The notes below the pieces were generated by a model that saw nothing but the letters and a program-made list of their open reading frames with translations, did not search any database and was not told where the DNA came from. DNA of 32,000 nt from Thermofilum adornatum (GTDB lineage: Archaea; Thermoproteota; Thermoprotei; Thermofilales; Thermofilaceae). Below are positions 24,742 through 32,000 of this stretch, piece after piece (within the stretch, counting starts at the first letter, position 1; each line of letters opens with the position of its first letter). The position numbers and the translations under genes were made by a program. The stretch spans positions 30,001 through 62,000 of the forward strand of contig NC_022093.1 in the NCBI RefSeq assembly GCF_000446015.1. Reading direction: 5' to 3'.

Positions 24742-25986
24742 ATGCAGAAACCAAAAAGATATGTAAGGATCGCCGCCATACTACTTTTGTTTGTTGCAGT
24801 AGGAACAGGGATAGGAATGTTACTCACAAATAGGGGGCAACAGTCCCAAACCCAGATACCGAGCCTTCCATCTGTTAAAGCTAGCCCAGTAGAGTCATAC
24901 ACGGGCTTCGCCTTGAAGTTCGCGCTACTGTCTGGTCTTGGAGACAAAAATACAGCAGTGTCGCCTTACAGCGTCTACCAGGCGCTGTTAATGCTGACCG
25001 AGGGATCCGCAGGGGATACAAGGTCAGAACTGCTAGGTGCTCTCCAGCTGTCTTCCCAGGCTGAGGCTAGAGAATGGTTTAGGTCAAGCACCCAGAGGTT
25101 CCTAAGTGTCCAGCAACCAGCCAGGACAGCTATTGCGAACAGTATTTGGATAAGGGAGGGCGTACCCGTAAAGCAGACCTACGTGAATATCCTCAGGGAA
25201 TATTATCTTGCAGAGGAATACTCTTTTAGCGAGCCCTTAGACGCCACAAAGAGAATAAACCTATGGGTATACGACAAGACATACAGGCTCATAGACAAGA
25301 TAATAGACCACCTTGACCAGTCCGCGATTATAGTACTCGTAAACACGGTTTACTTCAAGGCAAACTGGACAACACCTTTTGAAAACACCTTTAATGATAC
25401 TTTCAACTCGCCTAGGGGGCCCGTAACGGCCACATACTTATCGGGTACAGTAAATGCAAAAGTGTTGGAAACTGACAGCTACATAGCTGTTGCGCTGGGC
25501 TACGTTGGGACAGATATAAAGTTTGTAGCTATAATGCCCAAGAAAGCCGACCTGAAAAGCTTTATGACGAAAATCTCCGAGAAAGATCTACTAGGCATAT
25601 TTACTGAGCTTATGAAGAAAGAAGACGAAAGAGTCAAGCTCGTACTGCCCAGATTCGACATAGACAGCGGCATTATAGAGCTTGTACCCCTCCTGAAACA
25701 GATGGGCATAAAGAAGGTATTCGACCCAGACCAAGCAGACCTCACCGAGATGCTTGACACGAGCAAGCTCGCTGGTAAAGCATTTGCCAGCAATGTTTTC
25801 CACAGGGCTAGGGTAAAAGTAGACCTTTACGGGACAGAGGCGGCAGCCGCAACAGCGATCGTAATCAAGGTTACGGCTGTTCCGGGAGAACTGAAAACAA
25901 TAAGGGTAGACAGGCCCTTCGCATTCTTCCTGGTAGACCCCTCTACAAACGCCATCCTCTTCGCTGGAAGCTACGTGGAGCCTTAA
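24742..25986 (+). CDS. Serpin (serine protease inhibitor family) with an N-terminal membrane anchor/signal
   Basis: Hinge and reactive-centre loop GTEAAAATAIVIKVTAVPGELKTI, followed by RVDRPFAFFLVD...ILFAGSYVEP, the classic serpin C-terminus. The conserved NTVYFKANW is present. The N-terminus has a hydrophobic segment (IAAILLLFVAVGTGIGMLL). Confidence 0.9.
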   Translation: MQKPKRYVRIAAILLLFVAVGTGIGMLLTNRGQQSQTQIPSLPSVKASPVESYTGFALKFALLSGLGDKNTAVSPYSVYQALLMLTEGSAGDTRSELLGALQLSSQAEAREWFRSSTQRFLSVQQPARTAIANSIWIREGVPVKQTYVNILREYYLAEEYSFSEPLDATKRINLWVYDKTYRLIDKIIDHLDQSAIIVLVNTVYFKANWTTPFENTFNDTFNSPRGPVTATYLSGTVNAKVLETDSYIAVALGYVGTDIKFVAIMPKKADLKSFMTKISEKDLLGIFTELMKKEDERVKLVLPRFDIDSGIIELVPLLKQMGIKKVFDPDQADLTEMLDTSKLAGKAFASNVFHRARVKVDLYGTEAAAATAIVIKVTAVPGELKTIRVDRPFAFFLVDPSTNAILFAGSYVEP

Positions 25987-26007
25987 AAATTATTTTTCTC
26001 TTTTACT

Positions 26008-27132
26008 CTATTTCTTTTTCAGCTCCTCGGCAAATGCAACCAAATCATAGTAGGCCCGTATTTTGGACACGTGTCTCGCACCCATAGGGCCGGGACGCTT
26101 CATATAGAACCTGTTAACCTCTGGGAGGGTTCCATACAAGCCCTTCTTCAATGCGAGGAAGCCGAGACGGGCAAGGTCAACAATGTATCCTGCGAGCGCC
26201 GGGCTATCATTTATACGCATGTTTACTACGAGCTCGTCCATGAAGCCGCCAAAGCTAATCCACTGCATATGCATGGAAACAAACTTCTTGTCTCCTAGCG
26301 GCTCTAGGTATCCCGTAGGTCTAATATAGTGGGGAGGGTCGTAGCCTAGAATATCCTTTAAGAAGCTTGACTTTGTCTTCTCCTTGGCATCGTTCCTGTC
26401 TGGATCCATCAGAGCGAGGAAATCAGTGTTGCCCCCAATATTGAACTGCGCAATTGAGAGAATCTTCCTATTCCTCTCCTTCAGATGTTCAGCAAGATCA
26501 ATAGTGAGAGGGGTTGCTCCGGTTGCCCCATCATCTCCTAGGACGAGAGACCTGCTTTGTTCTGCTCTCTTAATAAAGCCGGGGCTCCCAGCCACGTATG
26601 CCGGCTGAAGGTTAACATGGGCAAGATTGCCGCGCCTGAGCAACAGGTAGGCATATACCTGTGAATGTGGCAAGATGCCTTTGAGGGCTTTTTCCTCTGC
26701 TTCCTCCCAGGAGAGTACAGGCTCAGAGTAAACAGTGCTAGTAACATCTATAACAACGTCTGGCTTAACATCGTCTAGCCACTCCTCGAACTTAGCATAG
26801 GCGTCTCCAAGACTCCTGCCCGAATCGAGGGACTTAACCTTCAAAAAGCTGGGTGTACTCCTAAGAGCTAGACCCGGCGAGACATAGATATCCCTAAGCT
26901 CCGGCTCGGGCTCCAGCCCATACATTTTAGCAACTTCATATAGGCTTTTGCCGACCTTCTCCTCATCTACATCGATACTCCCCACAATTTCGAGGTCACT
27001 GATGCCTATGCCAAGATCTAGATTCCCGAGAGGAACCCCAGAAGGCTCAAGCTTCCCTGCCTTAATCTTCGAAAGCCCCCATGCAAAAATAGTTGCCACA
27101 TATCCCTGTCCAATCAGCGCCACTCTGACCAT
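26008..27132 (-). CDS. ino1: myo-Inositol-1-phosphate synthase (archaeal short type)
   Basis: N-terminal Rossmann motif VALIGQGYVAT. The FNIGGNTDFLAL motif corresponds to the conserved (S)YN.GGN.D region of MIPS. The protein has about 374 aa, like the archaeal/bacterial enzymes. Confidence 0.78.
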   Translation of the reverse strand: MVRVALIGQGYVATIFAWGLSKIKAGKLEPSGVPLGNLDLGIGISDLEIVGSIDVDEEKVGKSLYEVAKMYGLEPEPELRDIYVSPGLALRSTPSFLKVKSLDSGRSLGDAYAKFEEWLDDVKPDVVIDVTSTVYSEPVLSWEEAEEKALKGILPHSQVYAYLLLRRGNLAHVNLQPAYVAGSPGFIKRAEQSRSLVLGDDGATGATPLTIDLAEHLKERNRKILSIAQFNIGGNTDFLALMDPDRNDAKEKTKSSFLKDILGYDPPHYIRPTGYLEPLGDKKFVSMHMQWISFGGFMDELVVNMRINDSPALAGYIVDLARLGFLALKKGLYGTLPEVNRFYMKRPGPMGARHVSKIRAYYDLVAFAEELKKK

Positions 27133-27134
27133 AT

Positions 27135-27170
27135 TATTTCATAGTTATGAAATAGTTTATAAATATAAAC
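27135..27170 (-). promoter_or_regulatory. Promoter of the MIPS gene: TATA-like box plus a perfect 9-bp inverted repeat between TATA and the start codon
   Basis: tatttcata-gt-tatgaaata (27135-27154) is a perfect 9+2+9 palindrome starting 3 nt upstream of the ATG (27132-27130). gtttata-aa-tataaac (27155-27170) is a TATA-like element 23-38 nt upstream. Confidence 0.4.
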
Positions 27171-27443
27171 TTTTTTCCCTTGCAATACCTATTACAGTAA
27201 CAAGAACCTGGATAGGCCTAAGCCCAATGTCAACTCGACTACCAACAGTATATACCTTCAGGAAATATTATCATATCCCTACTTATAACCCGTATACCCA
27301 AAAAACTCGAACAGAAAATCCAGGAAGTTGATACTTAATTGAAGTGACGAGATAGGAAAATTATAATCAAGCGGGCAGACGAGGGGACCCGACAAAAACA
27401 CCTAAAAGAGTACATCGATGTGTTCAAAAGGAACCGGTAGAGT

Positions 27444-27476
27444 TGAAAAAGAAGGGCGTCCTTCAAGAGTAAAAAA
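27444..27476 (-). terminator. Oligo-T tracts downstream of the ABC operon
   Basis: The plus-strand A runs (ttgaaaaag at ~27444-27452; aaaaaa at 27471-27476) are T5 and T6 on the minus strand, 30-60 nt after the stop at 27506. Confidence 0.35.
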
Positions 27477-27505
27477 TGGGAGATGTTTACCTAGAAGAAC
27501 TTTGA

Positions 27506-28462
27506 TTACTCGTAGAGCCAGCACTTGACTTTTCTCCCGTCTTTTGTAATGACTGGAGGTGCCTGTGTTATACACTTGTCCATCCTGTAGGGACACCTGT
27601 CTGCAAATGGGCATCCAGTAATCTTTCCTGCAAACTCAACCTTCCCAGGTCTATATTTTATTTTTTCTTCCCATGGCTTGTCGATGCTTGGAGTAGACTC
27701 TGACAGCATTTTGGTATAGGGGTGGAGCGGGTCCAATAAGATGCTGGCAGGACCCTCTTCTACTACTTGGCCCTTGTAGAGAACCAGAATCCTGTCTGAG
27801 GCATAGTGCATTGTTGCCAGGTCGTGTCCTATGAGGAGGATCGATATCCCAAGTTTCTGTTTGAGATCCAAGAAGATGTTGAGTATGTCTACCCTGGTTG
27901 AGGCATCAACCATGGAGACAGGCTCGTCTGCAACTATTAGGTCGGGCTTGACAAGAAGTGCTCTTGCTATGGATATTCTCTGAAGCTGTCCACCGCTTAG
28001 CTCGTGCGAATGCTTGTGGAGAACTTCGTCGTAGTTAATCCCAACCATTTCTAAGTGTTGCCTTATCATGCCCTCTGCCTCGACCTTGTCATGTGTAAGC
28101 TCGTAGTTGTTCACCACGTCGAAAAGGGGCTCGAGGACTGTTCTCCTGGGGTTAAAGGAGCCGTAGGGGTCTTGGAAGACTCCCTGGACATGTTTATAGT
28201 AGTTTTTGAGGAAGCTAGCAGAATAAATGTTAGTGATGTCTTTGTCTCTGAAAAGTAGCTGGCCACTCGAGGGCTTGTATACTTTGAGTATTATTCTGGA
28301 TATTGTTGATTTTCCGCTACCAGACTCTCCGAGCAAGCCTACGATTTCGCCTTTCTTCACGTCAAAGGACACATCACTTAGTGCCTGCACGACCGTGGAG
28401 CCGAATAGTCCGAGCTTAAATGTCTTCGACACGTTCCGGAGCTCAATTATTTTTTCACTCAT
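27506..28462 (-). CDS. Opp/Dpp-family ABC transporter ATP-binding protein (OppF/DppF-like)
   Basis: Walker A GESGSGKST, signature LSGGQLQRISIARAL, Walker B LIVADEPVSMVD, and the Cys-containing Opp-type C-terminal extension (GCPFADRCPYRMDKC). It overlaps the upstream ATPase gene by 4 nt. Confidence 0.92.
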   Translation of the reverse strand: MSEKIIELRNVSKTFKLGLFGSTVVQALSDVSFDVKKGEIVGLLGESGSGKSTISRIILKVYKPSSGQLLFRDKDITNIYSASFLKNYYKHVQGVFQDPYGSFNPRRTVLEPLFDVVNNYELTHDKVEAEGMIRQHLEMVGINYDEVLHKHSHELSGGQLQRISIARALLVKPDLIVADEPVSMVDASTRVDILNIFLDLKQKLGISILLIGHDLATMHYASDRILVLYKGQVVEEGPASILLDPLHPYTKMLSESTPSIDKPWEEKIKYRPGKVEFAGKITGCPFADRCPYRMDKCITQAPPVITKDGRKVKCWLYE

Positions 28463-29439
28463 TCCTTTCTCACCTCATAATATAACCAACAAGAAACCCT
28501 GCGACCGTTTGCCAGAGTGACTACTGGGGGCTCGTCCGTAAAGCAACGTTTAACAGCGTATGGGCACCTTGGATGGAAAACACAGCCTGGCAGCGGAGCG
28601 GCGAGGTTTGGCGGGACACCTTTTACGCCCTCCAGCCTAGTAGTTGTATAGTGTACGCCTTTGGGTGGAATAGCCTTGATTAGCATCTTCGTGTAGGGGT
28701 GGAGCGGGTTACTGATAATTTCGTCTATGGGTCCTTCTTCAACGATTTTTCCTCCATACATTACAACTATTCTGTCGGCGATCTGCCTAATTGACGAGAT
28801 GTCGTGTGAAATTATGAGGATAGACTCTACGATGCCGCTGTCTCTTAGGTCTTTTAGAAGCTCCAAGACGTATCTCTGGCTAACGACGTCCAATGCCGAG
28901 GTAGGCTCGTCCGCGATTAGCAAGCTAGGATTGAAAAGTGTCGCAATTGCTATTGCAACCCTCTGTCTCATGCCTCCTGAGAGCTCCAGTGGGTACATGT
29001 CTAGAACCTTTTCTGGTAAATTCATCATGTTGAGCCTCTCGACGAATATTTTCTCTAGCTCTTTGGGGTCAACGTCTTTCTCGACTGCCAAGTCGTGTAG
29101 GAATACTCTAAGCTTTCTTATCACAGGAAGCGCATCTAAGACGTACTGCGGTATTATCGAGACCTTTTTTAAGAGTATTTTGCGGCGCAGAGCTGGACCT
29201 ATCTTTACGAGGTCTATGTCCCCGTTTAATACGGCTGAGCCGTCCACAATATGCATTGGGGGCTTCGGCAACACAAGTGACTGGGCCAGTGTAGATTTTC
29301 CGCTACCAGACTCTCCTATTAGACCAACTATGCTTCCCTTGGGGACATCAAATGAAACCTTGTTCACTGCCTTGATGGTTGCAAACAGTGTCCTATAGTG
29401 GACAGTAAGGCCCCTAACCTCAAGCGTATTTGCCGACAC
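28459..29439 (-). CDS. Opp/Dpp-family ABC transporter ATP-binding protein (OppD/DppD-like)
   Basis: Walker A GESGSGKST, signature LSGGMRQRVAIA, Walker B LLIADEPTSALD, and C-terminal GCVFHPRCPYAVKRC. GTG start. Confidence 0.92.
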   Translation of the reverse strand: MSANTLEVRGLTVHYRTLFATIKAVNKVSFDVPKGSIVGLIGESGSGKSTLAQSLVLPKPPMHIVDGSAVLNGDIDLVKIGPALRRKILLKKVSIIPQYVLDALPVIRKLRVFLHDLAVEKDVDPKELEKIFVERLNMMNLPEKVLDMYPLELSGGMRQRVAIAIATLFNPSLLIADEPTSALDVVSQRYVLELLKDLRDSGIVESILIISHDISSIRQIADRIVVMYGGKIVEEGPIDEIISNPLHPYTKMLIKAIPPKGVHYTTTRLEGVKGVPPNLAAPLPGCVFHPRCPYAVKRCFTDEPPVVTLANGRRVSCWLYYEVRKE

Positions 29440-29441
29440 AT

Positions 29442-30326
29442 CTATTCACCTCTAGCCCTAGGATTGAATACCTCCTCAAGCGAATTGACGAGGAGGTAAA
29501 GCGAAGTTATCAGGACGACTATCACTATTCCTGGAAGGAGCCATGCCCACCATACCCCTGATACCAGTGCCCCCATCTGGAGCCACTGCTGTACCCTTGC
29601 GAATAGGGACCAGTCTGATGCCTTGATGCCGAGAAACTCTAATGTAACGATGGTTCCCAGGGCATTGGCAAGCTGTATAACGAAGACTAGGAGGACATAC
29701 GACGCCATGTTGGGCAACAGATCCTTAAAGATTATTTTCAATGTAGAGTTGCCGCTAAGCTTCGAGACGGCTACGAAGTCGCTGACCTTTAGTGCCGAAG
29801 CTATAGACCTTGTAGCCCTGGCAGTCCAGTGCCAAGAAAGCAGACCCGTCATAACGCCGAGGAGCACTATTGTATATAGGTCTTTAAATGGCCCTGTCAC
29901 TGGGGCTCCCAAGATGTAGAATGTCCCCAGGATGACTAAGAGAAAAGCCGGCGGAATCATCAATAAGAGAATTGTTAAACCGTCTAGAACTGAGTCTGTT
30001 ACTCCACCTACGTAGCCGGCTATGATGCCGAGGCCGACACCGACTATTGTTGCAATTAGCGCGGCAATAAGTCCTACTGATAGAGATACCCTTAGCCCAT
30101 ACACAGTTGCACTGAAGACATCGTATCCCATATTATCGACACCGAAGGGGTGTTCCCATGAGGGTGGCTGGGACCTCACTGGGAGAACCTGGTTGGGCTT
30201 GTATGGCGTCAAAAAAGGCCCAATTATGGCTAAAGCGATTACTGCGAAGATTGCTGAAACGCAGAACCAGAACATCTTATTCCTCTTTAACAAATAGATA
30301 GTTATGCTTCTCGACATTTTACACAC
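29442..30326 (-). CDS. Opp/Dpp-family ABC transporter permease (OppC/DppC-like)
   Basis: Six hydrophobic segments, with an N-terminal TM followed by a periplasmic loop (PFGVDNMGYDVFS) typical of OppC/DppC. The start is GTG at 30326 or ATG at 30317. Confidence 0.85.
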   Translation of the reverse strand: MCKMSRSITIYLLKRNKMFWFCVSAIFAVIALAIIGPFLTPYKPNQVLPVRSQPPSWEHPFGVDNMGYDVFSATVYGLRVSLSVGLIAALIATIVGVGLGIIAGYVGGVTDSVLDGLTILLLMIPPAFLLVILGTFYILGAPVTGPFKDLYTIVLLGVMTGLLSWHWTARATRSIASALKVSDFVAVSKLSGNSTLKIIFKDLLPNMASYVLLVFVIQLANALGTIVTLEFLGIKASDWSLFARVQQWLQMGALVSGVWWAWLLPGIVIVVLITSLYLLVNSLEEVFNPRARGE

Positions 30327-31332
30327 CCGATATGCCGAGCCTTATCCTTGGGTCTAGCATTGCGTACAAAATGTCCACAATAAAATTGGCCACAATAACC
30401 ATCAATGTGTATGCGACAATTATGCCCTGGATGAGAAAGACGTCCCTGAAGTTAATTGCATAAATCAAAGCTATGCCTGCTCCAGGATAATTAAACACAG
30501 AGGAGACAACGATGCCCGCGACTATTATCGTTCCTAGCTGTATTCCGAGACCAGATATCTGTGGATTAATAGCGTATCTGAACGCGTACTCTGCAATTTT
30601 CCTGTCGGAGAAGCCTAGCATCTCCATGTACCTGGAATAGTTTGAGCCAAGCTCCTGAATCATCATAGACCTCATTCCAGACGCCCATCCACCAATAGCT
30701 ATGAGGGTCAGTGACAAGAAGGGGAGAGTGTAAGCTTTCAAGAAATTTGTCAGGGTCTCCCCGTTGAAAGAAGTGAAAATAGCGTCTATGTCGCTAGACA
30801 TAATCGTTGCCTTGAATACGGGATAGACCACGCCGAGCTCATAGGCAAAGAGGAGCCCAAGTAGGAAATAGGGAGTAGCTGTCAAAACGTAGAATATGGG
30901 CAAAAGAAACTTGTCGAGCTTTCTGTTCCTAGCGGCTAGAGCACCGACATAGTTCCCGATGAACCAGCTAACGAGGACGCTTGGCGTCAAGAGTAAGAGA
31001 TCTCTAACGAGTATCTCACGCAACTTGCTTGTTACCGGTGCAGAGAAATAGGTACTGTAGCCCAGGTCACCCATTATTAGCCTGCTCCAAAACAGTGCGT
31101 ACTGCTGTGGCAGGGGAAGGTTCCACCCTAGAAACTCTATAGCTCTCCTCCTGTATTCTTCGATTTGTTCCTCTGTGTATCTTACGCCTGGAGCCATCAT
31201 GGACCTCATTACATTGGTAAGGGCTGGGTCTCCTGGGGCGAAGCGGATAAGTAGCCATACAATAGTTATGGCAATAACGAAAACGACTAGATATGTTGCT
31301 CCGCGCTTTAGAATATAGGATTTAACAGACAT
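30319..31332 (-). CDS. Opp/Dpp-family ABC transporter permease (OppB/DppB-like)
   Basis: N-terminus ILKRGATYLVVFVIAITIVWLLIRFAPGDP and C-terminus DILYAMLDPRIR are hallmark OppB/DppB motifs. Confidence 0.88.
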   Translation of the reverse strand: MSVKSYILKRGATYLVVFVIAITIVWLLIRFAPGDPALTNVMRSMMAPGVRYTEEQIEEYRRRAIEFLGWNLPLPQQYALFWSRLIMGDLGYSTYFSAPVTSKLREILVRDLLLLTPSVLVSWFIGNYVGALAARNRKLDKFLLPIFYVLTATPYFLLGLLFAYELGVVYPVFKATIMSSDIDAIFTSFNGETLTNFLKAYTLPFLSLTLIAIGGWASGMRSMMIQELGSNYSRYMEMLGFSDRKIAEYAFRYAINPQISGLGIQLGTIIVAGIVVSSVFNYPGAGIALIYAINFRDVFLIQGIIVAYTLMVIVANFIVDILYAMLDPRIRLGISGV

Positions 31333-31383
31333 GTTTTCTACACCTAAAAATATAAAACAAAAAAATATATTTTTTAATTTTCT
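31333..31383 (-). promoter_or_regulatory. AT-rich intercistronic region between the binding-protein and permease genes (possible attenuator plus internal promoter)
   Basis: The minus strand reads agaaaattaaaaaatatatttttttgttttatatttttaggtgtagaaaac. It has a T7 run followed by the TATA-like ttttatattttta, about 15-30 nt upstream of the ATG at 31332. Confidence 0.3.
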
Positions 31384-32000
31384 TTATTTCTTTCCCGCCT
31401 CTTCTTTTTTGGGCTTCTTTCTAAGGAACATGTAGACAGCTATGACAATGATGACAAGCACTACGATGACTATGCCTATTGTAGTGTAGTCTGGGCCAGC
31501 AGGAGCTGTTGGCTGTGTAGTTGGCTGGGGCTGTTGCTGTGCTGGCTGTGTTGCCGGCTTGAGGTTGAGGAGCACCAGCAAGCCGCCGTGTTGCCATTGT
31601 CCGTTCCAGTTTGTTGGAACAGCGTATGGGTTATTATCGTTCGGCCACCCTGTCCAGTACTTCTGGGAAGCAAGGAACCAGTAACCATTCAGCCAGAGTG
31701 GTAATGCTGGCATCTCGTCTAGCAAGATCTGCTGGATGTCCCTCAGGACGCTCTTCATCTTGTCCGTCTGGTCTGGAGGTATCTTGCCGAGCTGGGTAAT
31801 CAGTTGCTGTAGCTTCGCGTTCTGGTATCTACCCATGTTTCCTGTCCATATGCCAGGCGTAGCGTTGTAGGCCCAGTAGTATAGCTGGTATGGAGTGGGC
31901 GCGGCGAAGCTTCCGAAGTTGTTTATAGCTGCGTCATATGTGCCCTTGTCTATTTGCTCAACATATGCGCCGAAGTCTGGGAAGACAGCTTCCGCGTTTA
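31384..32000 (-). CDS. ABC transporter substrate-binding protein, family 5 (OppA/DppA-like), C-terminal part, membrane-anchored (5' end outside window)
   Basis: The reading frame stays open upstream of the listed Met to the window edge (...PYQLYYWAYNATPGIWTGNMGRYQN...). The C-terminus has a Q/P/T-rich linker (PATQPAQQQPQPTTQPTAPAGP), a TM helix (IGIVIVVLVIIVIAVYMFL) and a Lys-rich tail, the typical archaeal anchoring mode for binding proteins. Confidence 0.75.
   Translation of the reverse strand, partial: NAEAVFPDFGAYVEQIDKGTYDAAINNFGSFAAPTPYQLYYWAYNATPGIWTGNMGRYQNAKLQQLITQLGKIPPDQTDKMKSVLRDIQQILLDEMPALPLWLNGYWFLASQKYWTGWPNDNNPYAVPTNWNGQWQHGGLLVLLNLKPATQPAQQQPQPTTQPTAPAGPDYTTIGIVIVVLVIIVIAVYMFLRKKPKKEEAGKK

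Noticed and set aside
26948-27331. 127-aa plus-strand ORF spanning the MIPS start and its upstream region
   Set aside because: The first half is antisense to the MIPS N-terminus and the rest runs through AT-rich promoter DNA. The translation is low-complexity with no start context.
27344-27392. Second possible C/D box sRNA (GTGACGA - 12 nt - ATAA - 3 nt - AGCGGGC - 12 nt - CCGA)
   Set aside because: The spacing fits, but the D box is CCGA rather than CUGA, the C box has C in place of U, and the internal D'/C' boxes are unrecognisable. It is too degenerate to call without expression data.
28727-29398. 223-aa ORF on the plus strand
   Set aside because: It lies entirely antisense to the OppD-like ATPase gene, whose Walker A, signature and Walker B motifs are unambiguous. 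Its translation is Ser/Leu/Ile-rich with no motifs. It is a shadow ORF.
31448-31454. ATGATGA (C-box-like) heptamers inside coding regions (also around 819-825, and on the minus strand near 29024-29030 and 30655-30661)
   Set aside because: None is followed by D'/C'/D boxes at 12-nt guide spacing. They lie within well-supported CDS.
1-32000. Search for tRNA, rRNA, CRISPR repeats, IS/transposase, integrase and att-like long repeats
   Set aside because: I saw no T-loop consensus (GGTTCGAATCC-like) on either strand, no regularly spaced direct repeats, and no transposase or integrase-like ORFs. A manual scan cannot exclude short or degenerate elements.

Overview
All calls come from reading the ORF translations and the DNA by eye. 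No similarity search was run, so family names rest on recalled motifs. The window looks like a gene-dense chromosomal segment of a hyperthermophilic crenarchaeon (Thermoproteota). The signs are GC of roughly 50% by eye, TATA-like boxes 22-35 nt upstream of start codons (leaderless or short-leader mRNAs), frequent GTG/TTG starts, a PaREP1-type protein, a canonical archaeal C/D box sRNA, and exported proteins with C-terminal TM anchors and many N-x-S/T sequons. I support about 29 CDS. Housekeeping and metabolic genes: an MDP-1-type HAD phosphatase, a THUMP+SPOUT-like RNA methyltransferase candidate, a GH3 beta-glucosidase, a Nudix ADP-ribose-pyrophosphatase-like gene coupled to a MOP/Wzx-type flippase, an SDR, an HhH-GPD DNA glycosylase, a radical SAM protein, myo-inositol-1-phosphate synthase, and a five-gene Opp/Dpp-type ABC importer whose binding-protein gene runs off the 3' edge. 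Accessory content: two VapBC toxin-antitoxin pairs with different antitoxin folds, a PaREP1 protein and a degenerate nucleotidyltransferase-like ORF. I found no rRNA, tRNA, CRISPR array, transposase or integrase. Four things deserve a second look. (1) An envelope gene trio at 5812-11327: a coiled-coil glycoprotein, a membrane-tethered wHTH regulator, and a divergently transcribed 1104-aa surface protein with an HExxH...E signature. (2) A 713-aa protein with a transaldolase/FSA-like core inside large unknown extensions. It sits divergent to a membrane-anchored archaeal serpin. (3) A doubly anchored 701-aa protein with two glycosidase-like TIM-barrel regions. (4) A DNA glycosylase with two tandem C-x4-C-x2-C-x5-C motifs. 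An unannotated C/D box sRNA candidate lies at 11361-11409.
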